Part shown: positions 1 to 11,727 of the stretch, piece by piece
Layout of the letters: each line of letters opens with the position of its first letter
Numbering within the stretch: the stretch's first letter is position 1
Assembly (NCBI GenBank): GCA_030704615.1
Contig: CM060731.1
Coordinates: forward strand, 15,810,001-15,874,000
Origin: Takakia lepidozioides
Lineage: Eukaryota; Plantae; Bryophyta
Length of the DNA stretch: 64,000 nucleotides
Direction of reading: 5' to 3'
Program-made: the position numbers and the translations under genes
The notes under the pieces: model-generated
Told to the model about the DNA's origin: nothing
Databases searched by the model: none
The model's input: the letters and a program-made list of their open reading frames with translations, nothing else

Positions 1-1579
1 CACTCCGAATTGGACAAGACGGAAGTTAGAGGTCTTCATCCAAACTGCATGCAAAGAAAATAGATTCCCCAACCTGCCCAGTTGCCTCTAGTTTATTTTA
101 TGAAATCGCACTCCGAATTGGACAAGACACGACTTATGAATGGACATTTGAGATAAATAATTGATGTGGCAGGGTCTCCAGTCTCCACCGCTTCCGACTA
201 AATATCAGAGTCATTGTCTCCCATCTTATCGACCCCGTACCGTCACAGCCCAGTGGAGCACCCAGCCACTCCGCCCATTGAATATTTGAGGACCCTACAG
301 AGGACCCATCACAAGTGTTGAAATACTGTGGTGGTGTTCCCTTCCCTGCCATGGATGGTGCTTCTTGGAGTTTGACCTGCCCTGGGTTGTTTAAATATTC
401 AATGATGTATTTTAACAGAAGTCTGTACAGTTACAGTAGAGAAGGAAGCCTCTTGCCCAAGCAACCATATCTTATGGTGTGAAGGACCTCTGTTTTTTTT
501 CTTTTTTCTTTTTCCATTCTTTCTTCATTTAAATTTAAAGAAGTGGGCACAAATTTTATATCTGCCTTCCCTTTTGGAAGATGAACAGCAGTTAGGGTAG
601 TTATTTATTGTAGGGATCAATTTCAAGGGGTCCTCCACCCTCTAAAATCTCAATAACTTACTAGCGGATCTGTCTTCAACTGCAAAGTGAGATTGTCATG
701 TTGTTGGATCTGGAATCTTCATCAAGTTCTCAACATCTTTGACCAGGCCTTATGCTTTAAAGCGCAGGAAAAACTTAGAGAAATAATTAATATTAATATT
801 TAAAGGAAAAAACCTAGTCGGATCCACCAGTCACAAATTGAATAGGACCCTTAATTTTAGCCAGAGGAGAAAATATCCTCTTCCAAAGTAACCTTGCCTT
901 ACATGTTATTTGTTTTTACCCTTATGGCTCCTGCTTGTGAATAGTGGAATATACTTTCATCCATACTTGAAAATTCATCCATTATTTTTCGCATTATTAT
1001 CATCCATTGTTTTTCAATAACAGAGGCACCTCATGGAAGTGGTTTTGAGCAAAGGAGAGGAGCTGACACCAATGGAACACACAACAAAGTGCTTAGCGAT
1101 ATTTGACATTGGTGCGTAATCTTTGCTTTACAATAAACAGGAGCAAACAATGAAAAAAACCAAACCTTGTCATGAGCAAGGCTCATGGACACCAACTAAT
1201 CCGGCAATGTTTCGATAGATAAAAAAAACTCCTCAGATCCTCAAACTTGACTGATGAATCATGTTCCTAACCACATCCCTACCTTCATCTAATATTTCAT
1301 GGCATTTTGCAGACAGAATTGGAATCTTATCACTTGGAGTACAAACTTTGCAGAGTAGAAAACAAAACCAAAAATTTGTTTGAAATTCCTAAATGACTAC
1401 AATTGAGACTAATTCTGCAGGAACATGCCTCATGATGCTGACCACCTTAACTTTTGGATCAGACTTTGGTATACCTGCTTTGTAATGATTCGGAGGGAGG
1501 GGGGAGTCCATGGCCCCTTTAAGAAGAAAACATATTTATCGAAAAACCTTGAAAACAAACATATTGATACAAGGCCTTG

Positions 1580-4500
1580 CTATACCCAAGGCTGTTCTTG
1601 CATCCATGGATCCGGGTCCACCGCTTTTCCGTGAACGTGGAGACCCCTACAACACACCAGAAAAATTGAAGATATATCAGCTTTTTGCAGTGAAGTACCC
1701 CTGGTGAGCTTAATGTACAGAGATCAGCCTTTCAGCAAATATGACTGGTATCTGGTAATACAGAGAAACATGCTGCTGGTCACACGTATGATGGACAATA
1801 TAAGGGTATTCCTTGTGATTGACCCATTCACAATGAATTTCACATTCCAAATCAAAAGAGATGCATTACTGTACATCAAAAAGAGAGAAACACACTGCGT
1901 GAGAGAGAGAATGTACTCCCAGGACCTTGTTTGCCATAGCCTTCTGGCCATAGACCGTGGTTCAGTTTGGGTGGAAAAAGAGGGAACAGACACTACCTTT
2001 CTGAGGGCTCACCCCAGTAGTGGGACTAAGCTTGGAATAACCCATTGGTTTGAGCTTTCCAGATTTCCTCTATAAATTCCCTCACACAAGCATCAATGTA
2101 TGACCTGCCCCGCAATTAGACCCCGACAGGGCCAAAGATTTAGGCTCAACCTCAAGATTGTGAAAGGTGGTTAACAGAAGTTACTGGAGACTTAGCCTGG
2201 TTAACAGTGAGGTATTGCAGCCAAGAAATAAAGTCAATAAGGTATCCAGTATTAGGCATGCAAGTCAACTGACCCTGGCATCTGCATGCTGACATGCTCT
2301 TTTTGAGCACCGAAAGCTGAATGGATTCTAAAGTTTTAGCATGGTTGGAGTTGCACTCCCACAGCACATGCGTACTCCCTGGTAGGCCTAGATATCCTGC
2401 AATTCTGCATGAATGGGTCAGCTTCTTTGCATGCAGCCTTTGATCGCCTTCTGTAAACTTTGAGGATTGGCATGCCATTGAGCTTGCCATATGCTTCATT
2501 CAGTCACTTTGGGTCAAAGAAACATAGGCGAGGGGTCACAATACCAGCATTTGGTCATAGGGACATTTATGTGCTCCAATGTCAAGTTCACCCAGGCTAC
2601 CTAATGGGCAGGGAACTAGGCCCCAAAGGGCCAGGCTTCTGCCTCCACCTCGAGATTTTCAAAGTGGTAAACAGAGGTACAGGCCCGAATCCCTTGATGG
2701 ATTTGAAGAGGGCGTTTCTCTGTGAGAGTACCCAGGACAGGAATAGAGATTGTACTCATAAGACGTTGTTTGCCGTAGCCTTGTGGCCATTGACCCCGCG
2801 CCCAGTTTGAGCGGGAACAAAAGGGACAGAACCTACCTCTGTCAGGGGCTGACGTTGGTAGTAAGACTTACCTTCATATATAGAATTAATCCGGGTTTTC
2901 CAGATATCCTCTAGAAATCCCTTCACACAAGCATCAATCTGCTGTGTGTGATTTGCCCAAAAACTAGGCCTCAGGAGGGCCTGGGCTTTTGACTCAGCCT
3001 CGAGACTTTCAAAGTTGGTAAACAGGGGTACAGGCACAATTCCCTTGATAGATTTGAAGAGAGCGTCTCTTTGGTGAGAGAACCCCGGACAGTGTATCAG
3101 AAAATGAATACTGTCTTCAGATTGCCCACACAACGGGCAATTGCACTCTCCCTTTCCTCTCTGCTTCTGTTTGCTGTTCAAAGGTAGGCTTCCTGCCCTG
3201 AGTTTAAATTTCAGTCTAGTGCCGAGAGGTAGACCCTTGAGGTCATCCAAGATGTCCTCCCCCATGTCACTGACTGGAAACAAGTTCAGGGAAGTTTTCT
3301 GCCTAACTTCATTTTCATCAGACAATCTCATGGCAACAGACATCGCTTTGGACACTACAGCCTCTAAGTCAGATTTATCCAGCAGGGTCAAGACTTGCGG
3401 ATCCAGGTCCAGGTCCTTGAGAATCCTAAGTTCTGCCAGGACTTAGCCTGTTTGACAGGGCGGTCCTGTTTCCAAGATATAGAGTCGATTAACTTAGGAT
3501 ATCTGGTGTTGGGCATATGTTGCAGCTGACCCCACCATCTGACCTTGAATTCATCTCGTCGGGAGCTTAAGGACGGAATACCAAACTCACCCCGAACAGC
3601 CACATTGGCTGTTTTGGAGCATGCTGACATACACTCCTTAAGCACCCCCACTTGAATGGATTCTAGAGACTTAGCCTGGTTGGAGTTATCAACCCATATT
3701 GCAGATCTGTACTCCAAGGCAGGTCTAATAACGCGACAAAGCATGGTTTTCTTAACCTCAGAGTTGACCCCTCTGCAGTGGAAAAATTTAGTGAGCCCCA
3801 GAGCTTTGCCCTTGCCAGTTTGAACAACTTTCCAGATATGTGCATCCCAATTACAATTGGAGGAAACTCAACGCCCAGGTAAGTGTAGGAAGGGAGGACC
3901 GGGATCTCTTGGCTACCCCACTGCCACTTAAGATCACTTCCTCCCTCTCCTCTGTCGTTGAATGCTACCACTGCACATTTGCTGACATTAGCCTCTAGCC
4001 CCCAAAGATCAAAGAATCTCTTAACTAATGGGAGCGTTATATGCCATTGAAATATACTCCAGTTCATCAGGGCTGTTTTGAATCATAGGAACAGTTTTTC
4101 CAACTGTGTCCCTCCATTCAGCAGAAGACCCCTCACTGTTAGACCTAGAAGTTCTGCCAAGGATACTGTAGTGAGTTTCAAAGGTATTGACAATGTCAAC
4201 CGATGAAGTCACCACAGCACCTTTAGTAGTCTTCAGCGCTTGTACTTGCTGACCGTTTTTCGGCTTGTACAAATGAAGGGCCAACCAGGGCCATTGAGAG
4301 AGAGAGAGAGAGAGAGAGGGACACAAACCAGTGTAGATGGGGACCCGTGGCTAACCCCGTCTCACCAACCGTGCCTATAACTTGGCCAGCTCGAACCATT
4401 TCACCCTCCCTGTGGAGGCAGCCACCCATCAACTCGTTGATTGTTGCTCACCGTCAGCCTAAAACAAATTGATAACAGCCACAAGAGTCTTCTCCGATAC

Positions 4501-7370
4501 CATACTCTTCCTTTTATGAGATGTGAAAATTCATTAGGTTCTGCAGGAATTAAACTGAGAAAGATCTCAATTCCAAGCCTTGCACTGTCATCTGAGTCAA
4601 CTCGACTCAAGGAAACAATCAAACAGAGAGGCTTGCTCCTCCTCAAAACAATGTCTCCACAGGAGCACCTTTAGCTCGCGTCAACATTTCCAGGAGGTGA
4701 TTTGTGCTGTTAACATGTTGGATAGCTCCTTCACAGTTCTAAAAGTTCCATTGTTTATCTAAAGGTTAAAATAGTTTCTAGGAAAAAGTGGAGAGAACCT
4801 ACTGCACCCAAGCAGCACTGAGATGCATCAACATGCTAGTGACACCGTGGCCATGGTCCAAGCCCACACAATTGCCATGGATCACAAATCCGTTGCTTTC
4901 TTTTCCCACCAAAGCAACCCGTCCATTTGCAGGAGCTCTCACCGGAGACCCTTCATCAGCCCCATAATCCACTCCTCTGTGATAGTACCTGCAGCAGCAT
5001 CACCACCACTTTCGGAAGCCCTTCATATAATACAGTGACTGGGGAGATGGCAGTTTCCTGGCCCCTCTTCTACATGAGCAGCCTCAGAGCCTTCTTTACG
5101 TGTGTAACAAATTTTGAACCGGCCTTTGATAACCTCAAATTTTGCATAAAGTCCATACCCCTGAGCAAAGATGCCATTGTAGAACCGCTGGAGGCCATAG
5201 CTGGTAGTCACTTCCCCCTCACTTGGCAACAAAAATGGTCCACACCAAATCTGCTCCTCAGTTTTGGTTAAGGTGAATGCCCCCACTGCTTCCTTCTCCT
5301 CACGGGTACCTATAAAACCCAGCATACAAACCAGCAGTTGACTAGCAAGCATCTTGGATCTGTGACAATATCCCCAACCACCTTCATGAATGGAATTATA
5401 ATGAGGAGCTGAGGGCCTTGTGCATGGTTGAAACACCAGAGTTCAGGCCCTTGTGCATGTTAGAAGCACCTGGGCACTATGAGGAAGCCCCTCCAGTTTG
5501 AGAGAGACTTCCCATGAGTTATGCATGAACATGCACTGAGAAAGGTGGAACACATTGTGTTTATCTTGACCATATTACGGAACAGTCGTTTGGCTACAAG
5601 GATCCCAGGTACTGGACGATACAAAGTCTTGGAGGACTTTTATATGTATGCCAAGATTCTTTCCAACAAAATCATGAACTGATAGGCCAGTTTGTAGAGT
5701 GCACGATTTACTGCGAATGTTAGATTTGCTTTTCTTCAACCAAATCGATTCAACTGGATACTCCTTATTGCACAACTCCACAATACCATTGAATGCTTTA
5801 TGCCTGCCATCAGTCACCTCCACCTAGCAGTCATGCATTGTGACAACAAACATCCAATCAGTACGAATTTGTGCAGGTAACTTTCATGAACTTGCCTGAC
5901 TGCTCAACTAGCAAGCCAACTACAGCAGCCTCGATGATAGCAAACTTAACCTCCGCGTCATCAAATGTGGGTGCATCCTTCCACGCCGTACAAAGGACAC
6001 GGTGTTCAGCTTTAAAGCTTGATAATGATTGAAGTTTTTCGGTGTTATGTCACGGTCATGAGATTCAAGAGACATTTGAAATCTACATCTGCCTTAGCTT
6101 GCAGCACGGCGTAAGGACCCCTTTGAGGAGCCTCAGATGATCCAGCTAATTGCCATAATCCCAATTTTAAGAACAGATCTTGACCTACAATCCATCGATA
6201 ACCCACCAGAAATGCATGGACCAATATGGACAGTTTCGACATTACATTGTAGGAGGGATTCAAAACTCATTGTTATTCTGTTAATTATGAAGGACAGCCT
6301 CCTAAGTACCAGCTGCATTCATCAATCATCAATGACATATGAGTCTGTAGGTATCCACATGCTTACAATGAGGGGCCGCGGCCCAGGTTTGTCCAATGGG
6401 GTGGTGGGAATGAGAGCTCGCCAAACACTGGCATCCTTTGCTGTTGGAAACACTGGAACATCCGAGCCCTCATATGAGACGTGTATCAGTGGCTCTTTCG
6501 AAATCTTCTCCCTACCAAGAAGCACCCAAGATTCATCAACAAATTTTTTGTGCTGTGTATCACACCCACTGCTATAAACCCAAAAAGAAGTCTGATGTCA
6601 AATTCTTACAGGGATTACTGAGGTAGAGTTATTGAAGGTACAGATCCAACATCTTACTCTGCCTTCCCCCTTCTTTGGAAGACTTCATTGGGAGACACCT
6701 GAGAGTCAAAACAGAACACCTGCAAGACAGATTGCCCTACAGTCTATCTGGACCTCAAACTCGCAGTGAATTGTGTCCATACATCTCCTCAAGGACAGCT
6801 CGAGTTTTGATTTTAAGAGGAGTACCTGAAAGCGAATTTGAGCTCGTCAATACAGCCCCGAGGACGTGGCACCGACACAAGAATAGCAAGAGTGTCACCC
6901 ATGGCTGGCGTCCATGACGAAACCTGCAAGTCGATAGGCCTCTGCCTAAACCCAAGTAATCGAGCAGTTCTTTTGGCAGCTTGCTGTGCAAAAGTTCCTA
7001 GCATATCCCGTGGATACAACCTTTCGTTTTGCTGGCTCTCCTTTGCAATTGGCAATCCGTCTAGAAACAGTTTTAAATCTTCTAGGGGGCCAATGCGGGC
7101 AAACGCCATATGTCGCCCCCTACTTGAGCTTGTCAGACCAGCATCGGCGGGACGCATACTCTTGAAATTGGGGAGGCTGAGATCATTGTTACATTTACGA
7201 GCTTTCCTTGGTTCTCTTATTCCCAGATTTGAGATCACATAGTTTCTCAAAATGAAGTTCACATTCTCTAGCTGCAGAATCGGGGTCCACACATTATCAA
7301 CCGCCTGGTAGGATAAGGAGGTTTGTGTGCTCGCCTGCTTCTCCTTCCGGTTTGATGCAGTAAGGGACAT
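1580..7370 (-). CDS. M23-family zinc metallopeptidase, cyanobacterial type (candidate plastid peptidoglycan endopeptidase), 7 exons, about 428 aa
   Basis: Exons with GT-AG borders join in frame (1287 nt): 7370-6826, 6511-6367, 5823-5712, 5309-5159, 4988-4803, 4409-4329, 1646-1580. The protein reads ...WRALIPTTPLDKPGPR...IWCGPFLLPSEGEVTTSYGLQRFYNGIFAQGYYHRGVDYGADEGSPVRAPANGRVALVGKESNGFVIHGNCVGLDHGHGVTSMLMHLSAAWVQEGEMVRAGQVIGTVGETGLATGPHLHWGLHVHGKAVDPDPWMQEQPWV*. Both M23 zinc motifs, HxxxD (HRGVD) and HxH (PHLH), are intact. The start codon is uncertain. Confidence 0.92.
1901..2400 (-). mobile_element. Degenerate 3' fragment of RTE-X-like LINE (family 1) in the last M23 intron
   Basis: Aligns by eye to 2745-3025 and 3440-3730, with internal deletions. 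Ends in GAGTACATTC(TC)n. Confidence 0.75.
2614..2740 (-). mobile_element. Short internal fragment of family-1 LINE
   Basis: Similar to 2962-3091 and to 53218-53346. Confidence 0.7.
2741..4292 (-). mobile_element. 5'-truncated, internally deleted non-LTR retrotransposon (RTE-X/L2-like ORF2 C-terminus), family 1
   Basis: Frameshifted ORF pieces carry late-RT/thumb motifs (WGLEANVSKC, YTYLGVEF, AVRGEFG) and a C-terminal zinc knuckle (CPLCGQSEDSIHFLIHC). The RT core is missing. The ORF stops a few bases before the 3' end. A (GA)n tract at 4296-4318 flanks the 5' side. Confidence 0.85.
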
Positions 7371-8438
7371 GAGTACACAGTTCCCACGGAAGACAAGACA
7401 AAAGCTGGGCCGCCCACATAGACCAGACGTCCTTCTCCTCTCTATCACTGCGTATAAAGTGAGTTGTTTAGGTCTGCAGTCTGCACAAGTCGTTGAAGCC
7501 TTCAAACATGGTACTCATCATGCATATATCTCCACAGCACATTCACATTCAACCAGCGTTCATAGTTTACCCGTCCACCAGTGTTTGTACTCCAAATGTA
7601 GTGTGTCAACTTCCACTCTAATTGCTTCAGGTCTAGCCTACTGGTCACCTGAGCTGTTCCTGCATCACTTGAATTTGAGATTGAGAACATTCACAACTCC
7701 CCTCCACACATTGCGCATCTACTTGCAACTCCAGTTTCTTTGTAACGTGTAGAATAGTGTTGACAGTCAACCAAGTATCATGAATGTTGTGCAGGTCATT
7801 CCTTTGGAATTGTAAGAAATTTGATTTTTGGTGAGGTGGGGTGTGATGATTTTGCTCTCCTTGCAACACCGCTAAACAAGGGGGGAAAGGGATAGGAACT
7901 ACCAGCAAACATACATCTGGAACCCAGACTATAACACCAAGATATTCTTCTGTGGAATTCCCTTATCAGCCAAGAAAATGATCCGCGACAAATGACTGCT
8001 TGTGATCTTTCGTAGCAGTCTACTACGGAAAAGGAGGATGCCACAACCCACAAAGGAGCGCAAATGAACATGGTAACACCACATAGAATCTCCAATTATA
8101 AGACTGCTGGTTAGGACGTGATGAAGCCGGATGATACACACCTACATGTACTTATGCACCATCATTACATTGCACAATTCGGAGTCTAAATCAAAGCAAG
8201 CACATAACTCGGACAACAAACTTCAAACCAGTACATACAACCTAGAGGACAACGCATTCCTATTTACAAAGAAACTTCTGAAGCTTGAGGAGTAACCCAG
8301 ACTTGTGTCCGTTAGTGGTGTCACCATCAGTAGCAGAGAGGGATAATAGAAGCAAACGTCAAAGAGACTATGACATTGCGAAGGCCCTGACCACTCTCTT
8401 TTACATGTTTCGTCGACAAATACTAGGTGACTGCAAGA

Positions 8439-10848
8439 TTAGGCGCGGCGAACTACAGCTACCCTCTTGAACACCACGATAGCCAATATCACCACGGCCA
8501 GCATCATGCATGACTTGACTGTCCGATCAAGGAAGTTGTCCTTCTCATCAGCAAACACTTTCTTGTCAGCTGCAGCAAACACACCAGACATGATGTCTCG
8601 GAGAGTATCCATAAACTGCGAGAAGGCCCTCTTGGTGTGCCAGAAGAAGTGAGAAAAAACATTGGGGCCCTTCTGAGACTGAGCTCCAGTAGTTGTGTCT
8701 CCATCCTCCATAGAATCTGCTGCAGTCCAGGCAGCAATGAAGAGTTAAGGACTGCTAAAGAAAAACTTTGTAGAGGATGTGATTCAGCCAGCCCTTATCT
8801 GGGATGAGATCACTAATACATTTGTGCCACTGTGAATACCAGACCAAAAACAAAATCCATGCACATGACACTGACTGCAAGTGCCTGGATTGCCAACACC
8901 TTTCCATGGCCATCTGTGAATCAACACGGTCCACATAGATGCTAGACAGGCTGAGAGAGACAGCAGAAAGACCCTTCACACCAACCAATCGTCAAAACAT
9001 TCACTGCTGGTAGCTATAGGTCCAGAGCTCTGATGTAATTTTGTGATCACCAGCTCTTACCCTCACCAGGGCGCAAACAAGTCAAAATTTAATCACACAA
9101 AAGATCCCTGTGAGTTTCTTTCAGTTGGAGATGGGCACACATGCCTTGCGAGCTAACTAATACATCCCTACCTCTGAAACAAAAAAATCCACAAGAATAT
9201 CTGTGCAGACAACATTTATTATAGTTAGCTTTGCTAGTAGACCTACAACTGTTCAGATCTGTTTACAAAAGAAATGCCTGAAGCCAGGAAAAATTGAAAG
9301 CTAGTACCATCAGTTTCTTGAAAACTACGCTTGAACTCTTGAATCTTTTTGTTTGCCAAGACTGCATCCCACACTCCCTTGTCGGTTGCTAATGAGATCA
9401 CCATCCCCTGCAGAAAACCCCACATCAGATCCCTGAATGTCCACAAAGGTGATATATAACTCTAGGTTACCAAAGAATTAACATACCTGAACCTGTGGGT
9501 TATGCTGAAACTGATGAAAGGCCTCCAGCATTTCGCTCCTTGGAGCCCCCAGTTTTCCCTCTGGACTGGCTACCACTTGGAATGGCGGGGGCTCAATCCA
9601 ATCAGACTCTGATGAACCCCCTGCTTTGTCGGATGCTGCCTCATCCTCAGCATTGTTTACAGAGAAGATATCTTTTATATCAGTGCTGGTTGGCGAGGCA
9701 GAAAGAAGCTCGTCATCTTGGGAGGGGGAAGGAGCTGCTAAGATTCCCCTGCCATATAAACCCACAAGTCCTGATTCAACAAAGTAGGCCAAATGCTCTT
9801 CACAGCCAAACTATGAAATTCAATATACTCCTAAGTCTCGCCTTGCCGATTTGGGCCAGTCATAACCGGGAGCTGGATGGAATCCGGCATATTTGGAGTC
9901 CTCCCACACAACCAGATGTGTCCTCCAAGGTAGACCTAGTACCCTTGCAAAGCATGGTCCTTATAACTTCAGTATTTGTCAGATGCGCACAGAGAAATGC
10001 GGAAGTGGTATTGTCATCTTCTCCTGCTTCTTCTCCTGTTCAATCATGGGAGGCGCCAAGGGGCCGTGCAGGGCTTATAACTAATAACAAAAAGAAAGAA
10101 AGACTTCAAGGGAAAAGATTTCCTCTGCTAGTAAAAAGCCCCAGCACCAAATTCATCCCTAGGCTGACCTCCCAACAATACCCCATCTTGAGCACAATGT
10201 TTCCAGGTCAATCTGGAGTCGAAGTTGAACAACGTTGTGAGTGTCCCTTGCTTAGAAACATCACTTCAGAGTTAAAATTGTCACATGCTGAGTCAATGTA
10301 GACATCATTTTGTAATGAATTGGAATGCAGGCAGTCACCTCCCGCCAGACGTTGTACACAATCAAGGCACACAAAATGCATCCCAAATTATGCTTGCTGG
10401 AATGATATGTTGATCAGGCGGTTGCAATGTCAAGTACAGAATTGAGGTATCCCCAGTCATTTAAATAAAGCAGGGAAGGGAGAGAGCTAAAGAAGACCTA
10501 CAGACGAAGTGCATCTTGAAGGTCGGAAGCAGCCTCTTCAACTTCATTGTGACTTGGAAGAGATCCGAACACCAAGTGATCTTTTTCTTCATCTCCGGCA
10601 AACTCCCAATCTTCAAGGTCCCAGAATTGCCCTCGCCCCAAATTAACCTGGTTAGCAGGATGATAGGTCGACGTAGGGTCGCAGGAGCAGGACGACACGC
10701 GGGCAGAGGAAACAGGAGATCGGCGACCATGCGCGGTAGTGCATATGCTACAGCGCGCTGCATGGGATGTGGCAGTCGATGGCGGAGCAGCCCCTACCAA
10801 TCTCGCCACACCACGCCACACGGCCCCTCCACCCGCTCCTCCACCCAT
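8439..10848 (-). CDS. Conserved uncharacterised plant protein (UCP012943-like), 4 exons, about 329 aa, C-terminal transmembrane segment
   Basis: Exons 10848-10502, 9748-9487, 9407-9308 and 8719-8439 join in frame (990 nt). Motifs EDWEFA...LVFGSLPSHNEVEEAASDLQDAL and VISLATDKGVWDAVLAN, plus a hydrophobic tail MMLAVVILAIVVFKR. Family recognised from memory. Confidence 0.85.
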
Positions 10849-11727
10849 TTGCCTATACAGCACCCACCGCACGTCTTCGCCTCCACTCTTCTCCCTCCTT
10901 ACTTTCGCAGGTAGTGCACATTCTCTACCTCCACATCCTCCGTTTTATCTCCCTCCTTCCTCCCATATCTGCTTCGTCTTGCAGATCACCGAGACTGTGT
11001 CTTCTGTCACGGTGGGATGCATAATTCTAAGAATAGATTGGGTCGGGATCGGCGGCCGCTCCCCACCCGGTCTTTGGGTGGGTGGTGGCACTGACAAGTC
11101 GCTTCTTCAGTATCGTATTATCATGTCCGGCCATGACACTTGTGGGGGCTGACTCAGATCACATGAGGGTTTGGAGTTCGCGGTGGATTTGGTTCACAGA
11201 ATACATGCATTTACAGAAGCCAACTCGGCTGCAGACTCGGCCTCCGAGTAAATAGATGGCAACTGCTAGTCCGAATATAGGGGAGGCGGTGACCCATCTG
11301 CAATCCTCTCCTTGCAGATCGACACATTGCATTGCAAGTCTAGAAGAGTTTCAGTGGAGAAGCAAATGTGATTTTGGGCGGACAGGTCTCATGCAAGTTG
11401 ACTTGTGGAAGTGTAGTGGACGTTTTATTGTGACTAGACATGTTTGCTTGTAGCTCTAGAGCTCTCTCCCAGCAACACAGCCTATTCGCAATTACATCAA
11501 GGGAGGAGGTCATCTGCCGGATAAAAAAAACATCTAATGCTCAGCGGATTTGTATCCTACATGAGGAATGTGGATCACCTCCGTCGCAAACTGCTCATCC
11601 AACCCTTCAAGAATTGTCTAACCTCCCCTGGTTCTCTACAAAGAATGGCTTCACAGTAAATTATGAAGACTGCTAGCCCAAAATTAGAATTGTTGCTATG
11701 CAAGTTCCTCGTGTCTATTCCTGCATG

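Noticed and set aside
1-128. 20-bp direct repeat CACTCCGAATTGGACAAGAC at 1-20 and 109-128, considered as a CRISPR-like array
   Set aside because: Only two copies, at the window edge, in eukaryotic DNA with no cas genes. Probably a small duplication or TSD.
1033-1075. Frame reads LSKGEEL, like the GFP N-terminus
   Set aside because: The similarity ends after about 6 residues and is a chance match.
9495-10301. 268-aa plus-strand ORF
   Set aside because: Antisense to exon 2 and intron 1 of the UCP012943-like gene, with no recognisable motifs.
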